Shown here piece by piece: positions 30,377 through 38,977 of a stretch of DNA of 64,000 nt (position 1 is its first letter; the number at the start of each line of letters is the position of its first letter). Below the pieces are notes generated by a model, which did not search any database, was not told the DNA's origin, and saw only the letters and a program-made list of their open reading frames with translations. Position numbers and translations under genes: made by a program. Source of the DNA: Bacilli bacterium (lineage in GTDB: Bacteria; Bacillota_I; Bacilli_A; RFN20; CAG-826); NCBI GenBank assembly GCA_035326105.1, contig DAOKYO010000001.1, positions 738,115 through 802,114 of the forward strand, written 5' to 3'.

Positions 30377-30718
30377 ATGGTAGAAGAGAACCGCAAGTCC
30401 CGATATGCCAAGTACCGCTCCACGATTAAATCGATGGCGGAGCCATCTTTTTTAGCCCCCGACTCCAAGGAGTCAATCAACACTCAACCTTCTAAAACGG
30501 ATGTTGATTCCTCACCTAAGCAAGCAACTACGTCTTTGAGCCTTGACGAGATTATGCGTGAGCATGATGCTCTTGTTCAGGATTCATCGGCGCAAGATTT
30601 ATCTGAAGATGAAAAAATTCAGAAGCGATGGAAGATAATCGGCATTATAGCCATATCTTTTATCGTTCTTTTATTTGTTATCTTTCTTGCGGCCCTACTT
30701 TACCAGTTGTTATTTTAA
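30377..30718 (+). CDS. Hypothetical tail-anchored membrane protein
   Basis: 113 aa. Hydrophilic, S/D/E-rich N-terminus and a single C-terminal TM (IIGIIAISFIVLLFVIFLAALLY). No recognisable motif. Confidence 0.5.
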   Translation: MVEENRKSRYAKYRSTIKSMAEPSFLAPDSKESINTQPSKTDVDSSPKQATTSLSLDEIMREHDALVQDSSAQDLSEDEKIQKRWKIIGIIAISFIVLLFVIFLAALLYQLLF

Positions 30719-30733
30719 AAACCAGGAGAATTT

Positions 30734-31417
30734 ATGAGAAAAATTATTTCGGTCGCCATTGATGGACCCGCGGCAGCAGGAAAGTCGACCATCGCCAAAA
30801 AAGTCGCCAAGATTTTGAACTTTACTTACATTGATACCGGAGCGATGTACCGTGCTTTTACCTATTACGTGATGAAGAAGGGCGTCGATCCGCAAAACGA
30901 AGAAGCGGCGTGCGCTCTCATCCCAGAAGTGGAAATAAATCTTGAACCGGGGGACATTGTTTTAGTAAATCAGGAGGATGTCACCAAACAGATTAGAGAG
31001 ACCTATATTTCTTCAAATGTTTCCTATATTGCTTCTTATCGGGCGATTCGGCTGGCGTTAGTCGAACAGCAAAGACGACTTGCCCGCAATAATTCGGTGA
31101 TTATGGACGGCCGTGATATCGGCACCTATGTTCTTCCCGATGCCGATGTAAAAATCTTTCAGGTCGCAAGTGTTCATACCCGCGCTATTCGTCGGTATGA
31201 AGAGAATCTTGAAAAAGGCATTCAATGTACATTGCAGCAAATTGAAGATGATTTAATTCGTCGGGATTATATCGATTCCAACCGCGAGTTTGCCCCCTTA
31301 AGACAGGCTCCGGATGCAGTTTTACTTGACACCTCTTTAATGAGTATTGAAGAGGTAGTGGTTCGCGTTCTAGAGATTATCGTTGCTAAAACCGGGTATG
31401 AGGTCCCGAAATTATGA
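30734..31417 (+). CDS. cmk: Cytidylate kinase
   Basis: P-loop AIDGPAAAGKST and YIDTGAMYR. Confidence 0.92.
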   Translation: MRKIISVAIDGPAAAGKSTIAKKVAKILNFTYIDTGAMYRAFTYYVMKKGVDPQNEEAACALIPEVEINLEPGDIVLVNQEDVTKQIRETYISSNVSYIASYRAIRLALVEQQRRLARNNSVIMDGRDIGTYVLPDADVKIFQVASVHTRAIRRYEENLEKGIQCTLQQIEDDLIRRDYIDSNREFAPLRQAPDAVLLDTSLMSIEEVVVRVLEIIVAKTGYEVPKL

Positions 31418-32724
31418 GTCTACCTATAGTCGCTATTGTCGGAGCTCCCAATGTGGGAAAATCGACATTATTTAATCGAATTATTGGTGAACGTCAGGCT
31501 ATAGTTGATGATCAAGCGGGTGTGACTCGCGATCGGCTTTATGGCCGAGCAACTTGGCTTACCCGTTCTTTTCGTCTTATCGATACCGGTGGCATTGAAA
31601 TTGCAAATACCCCTTTTCAAGATCAAATACGGGCCCAAGTGGAGATTGCAATTGAAGAAGCAGATGTAATTATTTTCTTGACCGATGCCAAATTGGGACT
31701 TACAAAAGACGATCGGATGATTGCCAAAATGCTTTTTCAATCGCAAAAACCGGTTGTTTTGGTGGTTAACAAATCCGATAATGAGGAACTTCAACTCTAC
31801 GTTAATGAATTTTATGCATTGGGTTTCGGACAGCCGGTGACGATGGCGGCAACGCACGGCGTCGGGGTCGGTGATTTACTGGATGAAGTGGTTAAGAAAA
31901 TTCCTGCTTCAAAAGATAAAACTCCCGATGACGATGTTATTCGGTTTTGTGTGGTCGGTCGACCCAATGTCGGAAAGTCATCGTTAGTAAACGCTATGCT
32001 CAATCAAGAACGGGTCATCGTCAGCGATATTTCCGGAACTACGCGGGATGCGATTGACACTCCTTTTGTTCGCTCGGGTCAAAATTATGAAGTGATTGAT
32101 ACCGCCGGCCTATTAAAAAGAGGCCGCATATACGAATCCGTCGACAAATATGCCGCTTTAAGGGCCCTAAGTGCGATTGATCGAAGTGATATTGTCCTTT
32201 TGGTTATCGATGCCGACAATGGCATTATTGAGCAGGACAAGCATGTTGCCGGTTATGCAATAGAATCAAACAAACCGATTGTCATTGTTGTCAATAAATG
32301 GGATTTGATTACTAAAGACACAAGTACGATGGATGAATTTACGAAGAAAGTCCGCAAGGAATTCAAGTTTCTAGATTACGCGTCAATCGTATATGTATCC
32401 GCTAAAGAAAGAACCCGAATTTCAACGGTTTTTGCGGAAATTGAGGCGGCTTATTCATCATATAATCTTCGCATCGGCACTTCGCCTTTAAACGATGTAA
32501 TTCAAGACGCGCAAATTGTTAACCCTGCCCCTTATTTCAACAAGGGAAGAATTAAAATTTATTACGCCAATCAAGTGGCGATTAAACCGCCGACATTTGT
32601 CTTGTTTGTCAATAACCCTAAGCATATGCATTTTTCTTATACTCGTTATCTAGAGAATCGGCTTAGAGAAACCTTCGAATTAAGAGGGACACCAATAAAA
32701 ATTATCTGCCGGGAGCGTAAATAA
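31414..32724 (+). CDS. der: Ribosome-biogenesis GTPase Der (EngA)
   Basis: Two tandem GTPase domains (GAPNVGKST…DTGG…NKSD; GRPNVGKSS…DTAG…NKWD) plus a KH-like C-terminus. Confidence 0.95.
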   Translation: MSLPIVAIVGAPNVGKSTLFNRIIGERQAIVDDQAGVTRDRLYGRATWLTRSFRLIDTGGIEIANTPFQDQIRAQVEIAIEEADVIIFLTDAKLGLTKDDRMIAKMLFQSQKPVVLVVNKSDNEELQLYVNEFYALGFGQPVTMAATHGVGVGDLLDEVVKKIPASKDKTPDDDVIRFCVVGRPNVGKSSLVNAMLNQERVIVSDISGTTRDAIDTPFVRSGQNYEVIDTAGLLKRGRIYESVDKYAALRALSAIDRSDIVLLVIDADNGIIEQDKHVAGYAIESNKPIVIVVNKWDLITKDTSTMDEFTKKVRKEFKFLDYASIVYVSAKERTRISTVFAEIEAAYSSYNLRIGTSPLNDVIQDAQIVNPAPYFNKGRIKIYYANQVAIKPPTFVLFVNNPKHMHFSYTRYLENRLRETFELRGTPIKIICRERK

Positions 32725-32725
32725 T

Positions 32726-33733
32726 ATGCGAATTTGTGTTTTAGGAAGCGGAACCTGGGGCACGGCGTTAGCGCAGGTTTTAACCGATAACGGGCATCAA
32801 GTGACAATCTATGGAAATAATCAGGAACAAATTGATGACATCAGTAAACATCATCAAAACCAACAGTATTTTGGCGGCGACATATTGCTTTCACCGTCAA
32901 TTAAAGCCACGACCTCGCTGGCGCAGGCTCTCGACGGGAAAAGCATTATTCTAGTCGCGGTTCCATCCAATGCCATTCGTCCGGTTTTAAACGAAGTAAA
33001 GCCATTTCTAAAAAGTCGTAAATACTTTATCAATACGGCAAAGGGAATTGAGGCCGGAACTGAAAAACGAATGAGTCAGGTTTTTGAAGATGTCATTCCG
33101 CCGGAATTGAGACACCCGCTGGTTTCGCTTATTGGCCCCAGCCATGCTGAGGAAGTTATTTTACGAATGGTAACGGCTATTACCGCCACTTCGCACGATT
33201 TAAGAACAGCTCGCCACATTCAATCAATATTTGCCAACAACTATTTTCGGGTATATACCAACAACGATGAGATTGGAGCGGAAATTGGCGTGGCGATGAA
33301 AAATGCGATAGCCATTGCCAGCGGAGCCCTTGCCGGTCTTGGCTACGGAGATAATGCTCGCGCCGCACTCGTTACCCGTGGGCTGCATGAGATGGTCAAT
33401 TTTGGCACCCGCCTGGGGGGAAAACTTAAAACTTACCTCGGTCTTACCGGTCTTGGCGATCTTATGGTGACATGCAATTCGCTTCATTCTCGTAATTTTG
33501 TCGCCGGATATAAGATTGGCAAAGACGACTCATCAAGTGATTTTTGGGCAACGAATAAGGCGACAGTTGAGGGTATATATGCAACAAAAGTCATCTACCG
33601 TATGGGAAAGGAAATGAACATTGATCTTCCAATTATTAATGCGGTTTATGCTGTTCTTTATGAAGATAAACGCCCGAGTGAGCTTTTGTCCCGCTTGATG
33701 GTTAGGCCACTAAAAGACGAAAACGACGAATGA
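32726..33733 (+). CDS. gpsA: NAD(P)H-dependent glycerol-3-phosphate dehydrogenase
   Basis: Rossmann motif VLGSGTWGTALA and …GPSHAEEV…KNAIAIA…. Confidence 0.92.
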   Translation: MRICVLGSGTWGTALAQVLTDNGHQVTIYGNNQEQIDDISKHHQNQQYFGGDILLSPSIKATTSLAQALDGKSIILVAVPSNAIRPVLNEVKPFLKSRKYFINTAKGIEAGTEKRMSQVFEDVIPPELRHPLVSLIGPSHAEEVILRMVTAITATSHDLRTARHIQSIFANNYFRVYTNNDEIGAEIGVAMKNAIAIASGALAGLGYGDNARAALVTRGLHEMVNFGTRLGGKLKTYLGLTGLGDLMVTCNSLHSRNFVAGYKIGKDDSSSDFWATNKATVEGIYATKVIYRMGKEMNIDLPIINAVYAVLYEDKRPSELLSRLMVRPLKDENDE

Positions 33734-33845
33734 CCATATCGGTAGCAACAGGCCTAAATCGGTAAAAAGTATTGATAACAACGCTTTTTTATGTTAATTT
33801 ATTTTTAGACGAATGTTATTCATACAATAATGGAGGTCCAAAACT

Positions 33846-34118
33846 ATGAATAAGGTTGATTTGGTTGAGATTGTTGCCGAGCGGGCCAGTTTGACCAAAA
33901 AGGAAGCTGAAAAGGCAATTGACATCTTTTTTGAAGAAGCGGAAAAAGCTTTGATTAAAGGTGATGCCGTTAAGGTTTCTGGCTTTGGAAGTTTCGCCGT
34001 TCGTGAACGGGCGGAAAGAAATGGCGTAAATCCTAAAAATCAGGAAACAATCGTAATTCCGGCGAGCCGCGCAGTTGTGTTCAAACCTTCAAAATCTCTT
34101 AAGGAAAAAGTTCAATAA
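33846..34118 (+). CDS. hup: DNA-binding protein HU
   Basis: 90 aa with MNKVDLV…GFGSF.VRERAER.G.NP…I.IPA…V.FKPSK.LK. Confidence 0.93.
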   Translation: MNKVDLVEIVAERASLTKKEAEKAIDIFFEEAEKALIKGDAVKVSGFGSFAVRERAERNGVNPKNQETIVIPASRAVVFKPSKSLKEKVQ

Positions 34119-34130
34119 TTAAAGGGATTA

Positions 34131-34159
34131 AGAAAGAGAGGGTCACCTCTCTTTTTTTT
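34131..34159 (+). terminator. Intrinsic terminator of hup
   Basis: gagagg-gtca-cctctc hairpin followed by a T-run. Confidence 0.8.
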
Positions 34160-34185
34160 ATTGATAATTAATGTAAAATATAGAT

Positions 34186-34854
34186 ATGGATTTCTTTGAA
34201 ACGTATCTATCGATTTCAGCTATTTTCGCCGAAAATGGTTTTCATCTCTACTTAGTGGGGGGAACGGTTCGGGATTTTTTGCTTAGGCGTCAAGTGGACG
34301 ATTTGGATTTTGCCACCGATGCCCGACCTTCCGCGATGGAAAGGTTTCTTCCTGAAGGCGATTTTACCTTTGCCCGCTATGGAACCGTTTCTTTAAAAAA
34401 GAACGGATTTTCAATTGACATCACAACGTTTAGACGTGAGGAAGGATATATGGACGCTCGTCATCCGGATAAAATTATTTTTGTCAGCGATATGGAACCG
34501 GATGCTTATCGTCGCGATTTTACCATTAATGCTCTATATATGGACCAAGGACGCCTAATATACGATTTTTTCCACGGACGTGATGATTTACAAAATCATA
34601 TCATTCGTATGATTGGTGATCCGGGAGTTAGATTAAGGGAGGATCCGTTACGGATTCTCCGCGCTTTGCGCTTTTCCCTTCTTTTTGATTTTAAAATCGA
34701 GGGAGGGCTCGAGGAAAAAATGCGCGTTTTATCTCCTTTAGTACGGCAGTTAACTCCGGCTAAAGTGAACACGGAAATTGCTAAGATGACGGCAGTCGAT
34801 TCTGAAAAAACCAATCTCCTGCTAAAAAGTTTTTATCTTGACACTCATTATTGA
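34186..34854 (+). CDS. Class II nucleotidyltransferase (CCA-adding enzyme / poly(A) polymerase family), head and neck domains only
   Basis: Motif A GGTVRD…DDLDFAT, motif B RRDFTINA and motif D EDPLRILRALRF. The protein ends at 222 aa with no body or tail domain. Confidence 0.65.
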   Translation: MDFFETYLSISAIFAENGFHLYLVGGTVRDFLLRRQVDDLDFATDARPSAMERFLPEGDFTFARYGTVSLKKNGFSIDITTFRREEGYMDARHPDKIIFVSDMEPDAYRRDFTINALYMDQGRLIYDFFHGRDDLQNHIIRMIGDPGVRLREDPLRILRALRFSLLFDFKIEGGLEEKMRVLSPLVRQLTPAKVNTEIAKMTAVDSEKTNLLLKSFYLDTHY

Positions 34855-34885
34855 TAAAATGTATTTGTTTCGTTAATCAAAGGAG

Positions 34886-35542
34886 ATGATTTTTTTGATA
34901 CCTGATGCACTAGATTTTCGATTTTTATTAATTAATTATTATAAAAAAATTGGTCTCAATGAAAAGGAATTGGCAGTTATTTTTGTTATCGATTACTTGA
35001 TCCAGGAAAAAAATGATTTGATCACGGGGGATATCCTCTCCTTGAAAATGAATTTTTCAGCGAAAGAAATCGACGATATTTTAGTTAATTTACTCCATAA
35101 AGGATACTTGGAATACAATACCGATCAGGCGACAATGCGGACTACGCTTAATCCATTACGTCAGCGTCTATACCAAGAATTTCAAATTGAGATGAGTAAT
35201 GAGGCCAAGCAAAGCAGTGACGACAACCCGACCGAAAAGGTCGTTCGTTCATTTCAAAGCGAGTTGGGTAGAAATCTATCCCCGGCCGAGATACAGCGCG
35301 TCCGCGAGTGGATTGCCTATGGGTATGATGCCAATTTGATTATCGATGCCCTAAAAGAAGCATTGAGTAAGAACCGTCGTTCAATTAAGGCTGTCGACCG
35401 AATTTTACTTGAATGGGCGACGAGTGAGGATGTAAAAAAGGAAGGCTACAGCGCTCAAAATGAGTCATGGAAGAACGATATTGACAAAACTATAGCCATC
35501 GCTAAAGAAAAGTGGCTGGATTTTGACGATGACGATAAATAA
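34886..35542 (+). CDS. dnaD: DnaD-domain replication initiation / membrane attachment protein
   Basis: C-terminal DnaD-like repeat (…GRNLSPAEIQRVREWIAYGYDANLIIDALKEA…). Lies upstream of nth, as in Bacillus. The true start may be the TTG at 34895, since the SD abuts the ATG at 34886. Confidence 0.65.
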   Translation: MIFLIPDALDFRFLLINYYKKIGLNEKELAVIFVIDYLIQEKNDLITGDILSLKMNFSAKEIDDILVNLLHKGYLEYNTDQATMRTTLNPLRQRLYQEFQIEMSNEAKQSSDDNPTEKVVRSFQSELGRNLSPAEIQRVREWIAYGYDANLIIDALKEALSKNRRSIKAVDRILLEWATSEDVKKEGYSAQNESWKNDIDKTIAIAKEKWLDFDDDDK

Positions 35543-36182
35543 GAAAGCTAGAGCCGCGCGCGTGGCGGATTATCTGGCGAAACTTTTTCCCGCTGCCGGT
35601 TGCGAATTAGATTATCGACAGGATTACGAACTTGTTATCGCCGTTATGCTGAGCGCGCAGACGACAGATGCAAGCGTTAATCGCGTTACGGCCGGCTTGT
35701 TCAATCATTATCCGACCTTGGCTTCCTTGGCGTCAGCCTCTATTTTAAGCATTGAACAGGATATTCGCTCGATTGGTCTATATCACCACAAAGCCGAGAA
35801 TGTTCATTTGATTGCTCAACAATTATTAGACGAATTTCAGGGAGTCGTTCCCGCCTCTAAAGAGCGGCTCATGCGATTACCGGGAGTAGGCAACAAAACT
35901 GCCAATGTAGTTCGAGCCGAGCTTTTTCATTTACCGGAATTTGCCGTTGATACGCATGTTGCCCGGGTCAGTCGGCGACTCGGTCTAGTCGATATTAAAG
36001 ACAACGTTGAACAAATTGAAAAAAAACTCCGGAAATTATACTCTCCGGATGACTATATTCGCCTTCACCATCGCTTTATTCATTTTGGCCGCTATTTTTG
36101 CAAGGCCCAAAAGCCTCATTGCTACGAATGTCAACTGGCGGATATCTGTCTTGAAAAAAAGAAAAATTATCAAAGTGAGTAA
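35523..36182 (+). CDS. nth: Endonuclease III
   Basis: HhH-GPD LPGVGNKTANVV…VDTHV and a C-terminal 4Fe-4S loop CKAQKPHCYECQLADIC. Confidence 0.92.
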   Translation: MTMTINKKARAARVADYLAKLFPAAGCELDYRQDYELVIAVMLSAQTTDASVNRVTAGLFNHYPTLASLASASILSIEQDIRSIGLYHHKAENVHLIAQQLLDEFQGVVPASKERLMRLPGVGNKTANVVRAELFHLPEFAVDTHVARVSRRLGLVDIKDNVEQIEKKLRKLYSPDDYIRLHHRFIHFGRYFCKAQKPHCYECQLADICLEKKKNYQSE

Positions 36183-36760
36183 AAATCAATTATCGTCGGC
36201 AGATAGTCTATTCTTGGTCGCAAGCCTTGCTTGATTAAGCGACCATTTTCTTTAATCTTCGCCAGCGGAATAGATTTTTTCTGTTGGTTCTCATGCCAAT
36301 CGACAACAAACCGAGCATCGAGAAAATATACCTCGTTCAATTTGGTAAATTCAATTAGGAAAAAGGCGATTCCTCCCTGTAAAAACACTTCTTTCAAATG
36401 GGCAAATTGATGCAGGGTGATGTTATTTAGGGGGAAACTGGTTTTGCTATGCGAACTTTTGGCTTCAAAATCAATATATCTTCCGTGATAGATGCCATTA
36501 TAATCGGTGGTCGATTGCATAGAAAAATAGGCGTCGGTGATGCGGGCCCCACGGCTATAATCGACTTTCACGACTTTGATGGGTGTCGGGCGTTTCGTAA
36601 TGAGAGCAATATGCTTTTGGGCGTAATAGTCGTTGCTAAAATTGATGTCTGTTTCAAAACTCATTCCCCGATTAGCGGAATTAAGTGTGAGATTTTTATT
36701 CCGGCGACTGGAAGTGGTGGATGAGGTATTAACTCGCTTACCAAAGGGATAATTAATCAT
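36170..36760 (-). CDS. recU: Holliday-junction resolvase RecU
   Basis: Strong resemblance to B. subtilis RecU as I recall it (RGMSFETDIN.SNDYY…TTDYNGIY.GRYIDFEAK…TSFPL.N). Confidence 0.93.
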   Translation of the reverse strand: MINYPFGKRVNTSSTTSSRRNKNLTLNSANRGMSFETDINFSNDYYAQKHIALITKRPTPIKVVKVDYSRGARITDAYFSMQSTTDYNGIYHGRYIDFEAKSSHSKTSFPLNNITLHQFAHLKEVFLQGGIAFFLIEFTKLNEVYFLDARFVVDWHENQQKKSIPLAKIKENGRLIKQGLRPRIDYLPTIIDFYSL

Positions 36761-37503
36761 TTTTTATCGACTCCCGCGTTGATGTAGTCCTCGACAATAT
36801 GACCAAAGTCACTTGCTGAAACATCAACGTTGTTCACTAATCGACTGATTGTTTTTTGAATAGGAACAGGCAAGTGGCGCATATGGGAGAGAACCGAAAG
36901 ATATTCGTGGTAGAGAATATCCGGTTTTGAAAGTGAAGCCTCATATAAGTAGGCTAAATTTAAGGCATCGAAGTATGGATCATGCGGAGTCCCTTCAAAG
37001 GCAACGCCAAATTTCAAGCAGTAGTTTGCAAGCGAAAGAGGATTGTTTTTTTCGTCTTTGACATATTCGGAAAGAATATCGGAAAAATCAATGTGATTAT
37101 GATCAATAAAGTGGACGATTTCGCCATCGGCGTCGCTTGAAAAATGAAGACTTTGGTGCAAAATGCGTATATCATGACTGCCAAAAGTAATAAAAGCCGC
37201 TTTTTTATAATTCTTGCCGATATATTTTTTTAATTCTTCCAAAGCACTCTTATACGTAACGCCCTCTTTTAAGAGCAAGTCCGACTTAATACCGGTTAAT
37301 TTCTCCACATAAGAGCCGATTTTTTCATGAGCGATAACATAACGTTTATAGCCCTTGTGTATTTTTTTGATATGACCATCTTTTTTTAAAGTCACCAAGA
37401 CGGCTCCTAAAGCAATCATCTCGTGACTAATTTGGGTTCCCTCAAAATCAAGAAAAACCAATACCGGATGTTTATCGATTAATTGCATCAATCTTTTCAT
37501 CAT
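36757..37503 (-). CDS. DEDDh-type 3'-5' exonuclease (KapD/ERI-1-like)
   Basis: LDFEGT (ExoI), GSHDIRIL (ExoII) and HDPYFDA (ExoIII, H-x4-D). 4-nt overlap with recU. Candidate starts are TTG 37506, ATG 37503 and ATG 37500. Confidence 0.6.
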   Translation of the reverse strand: MMKRLMQLIDKHPVLVFLDFEGTQISHEMIALGAVLVTLKKDGHIKKIHKGYKRYVIAHEKIGSYVEKLTGIKSDLLLKEGVTYKSALEELKKYIGKNYKKAAFITFGSHDIRILHQSLHFSSDADGEIVHFIDHNHIDFSDILSEYVKDEKNNPLSLANYCLKFGVAFEGTPHDPYFDALNLAYLYEASLSKPDILYHEYLSVLSHMRHLPVPIQKTISRLVNNVDVSASDFGHIVEDYINAGVDKK

Positions 37504-37616
37504 CAAATCCTCTTTGTAAGTATACCATAAAGCAATTTTTACTTAAGTAATTTTTTCGGCTTACGATTGCTTAGAAGTGTTTCAACCATTATAATAATTA
37601 TTATGGAGCATCGTAA

Positions 37617-37976
37617 ATGAAACTCGATTTAAATCTAGATAGTACGAAGTTGCTTGAAAAGAAATTTAGCGCTAATCTAAAGGGCTATGATCCGGATGAA
37701 GTTGACGAATTTCTCGATCAAATACTAGCCGATTATCGGCGCGTTGAACAATTGGATAGAGAAATAGATCATCTTTCCGCTGATAACAGCAATTTAAAAA
37801 AAACTCAGCAAGAACGTGATGAATGGAAGGCTAAATACGAGATCTTGGATGAGAAACTAAAAGTTCTAGATAAGAATCGCAACGCCGCTCTTGATCGACT
37901 TGAGTTGCTAGTAAAAGTAAATCGATTAGAGAATGCTCTTTTCAAACTCGGAGTTGATCCTACGAAGATAAAATAA
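37617..37976 (+). CDS. gpsB: DivIVA-domain cell-cycle protein GpsB
   Basis: N-terminal KFSANLKGYDPDEVDEFLDQILADY followed by a coiled coil. 119 aa. Adjacent to rnpB. Confidence 0.8.
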   Translation: MKLDLNLDSTKLLEKKFSANLKGYDPDEVDEFLDQILADYRRVEQLDREIDHLSADNSNLKKTQQERDEWKAKYEILDEKLKVLDKNRNAALDRLELLVKVNRLENALFKLGVDPTKIK

Positions 37977-37977
37977 C

Positions 37978-38320
37978 ATCGATTCGGATGACTGCTGGTG
38001 AAGCAATTCACTAGAGGAAAGTCCATGCTCGCCCAGTCTGCGATGGCTGGAGTGATTGCGCTAGCGTAAAAAATAACGCTAGGTAGGGAGGAGTCCCTAA
38101 CGGCGGTGAAAATCCTAAACTTTTATAGCAAGGATCAACACCTGAAAGTGCCACAGTGACGAAGTCTAAAGGAAACTTTAGAGTGGAACGCGGCAAACCC
38201 CACAAGCGAGAAACCCAAATTTGGTAGGGGAAATCGGCGGAAAGAATTGAATTTCCAACGATAGGTTTAGTCCTAGATAAATAGTTGTCCTTGACAGAAC
38301 ATGGCTTACAGAATCGATAC
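37978..38320 (+). ncRNA. rnpB: RNase P RNA, bacterial type B (compact, ~343 nt)
   Basis: Universal core gaggaaagtccatgctcgc…, …acagaacatggcttacag. P1 forms from atcgattc (37978-37985) and gaatcgat (38311-38318). The antisense ORF here is spurious. Confidence 0.9.
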
Positions 38321-38341
38321 TCACTTTTTTGAGGTAATGAA

Positions 38342-38977
38342 ATGAATCTTCCAAATAAAATTACGGTTTTTCGGATGGCAATGGTAGTAGTGATTTGGCT
38401 GGCCATGCTTTTTCCTTACTCCAGTTTAGGAATTGAAGTCCCCTTTATTTTTGGGGAAGTAAATCTCGTTTATTTTATCGTATTTTGGCTTTTTGTAATC
38501 GCCAGTTTCTCTGATTTTCTTGATGGACATATCGCGCGGAAATATAACTTGGTAACAAATTTTGGAAAATTCATGGATCCAATCGCGGATAAACTGCTCG
38601 TCAACGGACTATTGATCATTCTCTTGGTGCCATCGGTTACTCCGGCGGACGCCTCTATACAAATGGCCATTCCCGTTATAGCCACACTAATTATGATTGC
38701 CCGCGATTTAATCGTCGATGCAATCAGACTAATTGCGGCAAGTCAAAATCGTGTCTTAGCCGCGAATATTTTTGGGAAAATAAAAACGGTTCTTCAAATG
38801 GTGGCGATTCCGTTGGTCCTTCTCAATGACTGGCCGTTTACCCTCTTTGACGGTGGAGCCAATATTGCTTTAATCGTCATTTACCTTGCCACGCTGGCGA
38901 GCCTTTTTTCCGGTATTATTTACATCTACCAAAATCGGGATGTTTTACGGGAACCAAATAAACATGAACGCAAGTAA
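38342..38977 (+). CDS. pgsA: CDP-diacylglycerol--glycerol-3-phosphate 3-phosphatidyltransferase
   Basis: CDP-alcohol phosphatidyltransferase motif DFLDGHIARK…G…DPIADK. Multi-TM protein. Confidence 0.9.
   Translation: MNLPNKITVFRMAMVVVIWLAMLFPYSSLGIEVPFIFGEVNLVYFIVFWLFVIASFSDFLDGHIARKYNLVTNFGKFMDPIADKLLVNGLLIILLVPSVTPADASIQMAIPVIATLIMIARDLIVDAIRLIAASQNRVLAANIFGKIKTVLQMVAIPLVLLNDWPFTLFDGGANIALIVIYLATLASLFSGIIYIYQNRDVLREPNKHERK

Noticed and set aside
38011-38406. 131-aa ORF on the minus strand
   Set aside because: It lies antisense to the clearly recognisable RNase P RNA and the pgsA start. It has no SD and the composition of a translated structured RNA, so I treat it as spurious.
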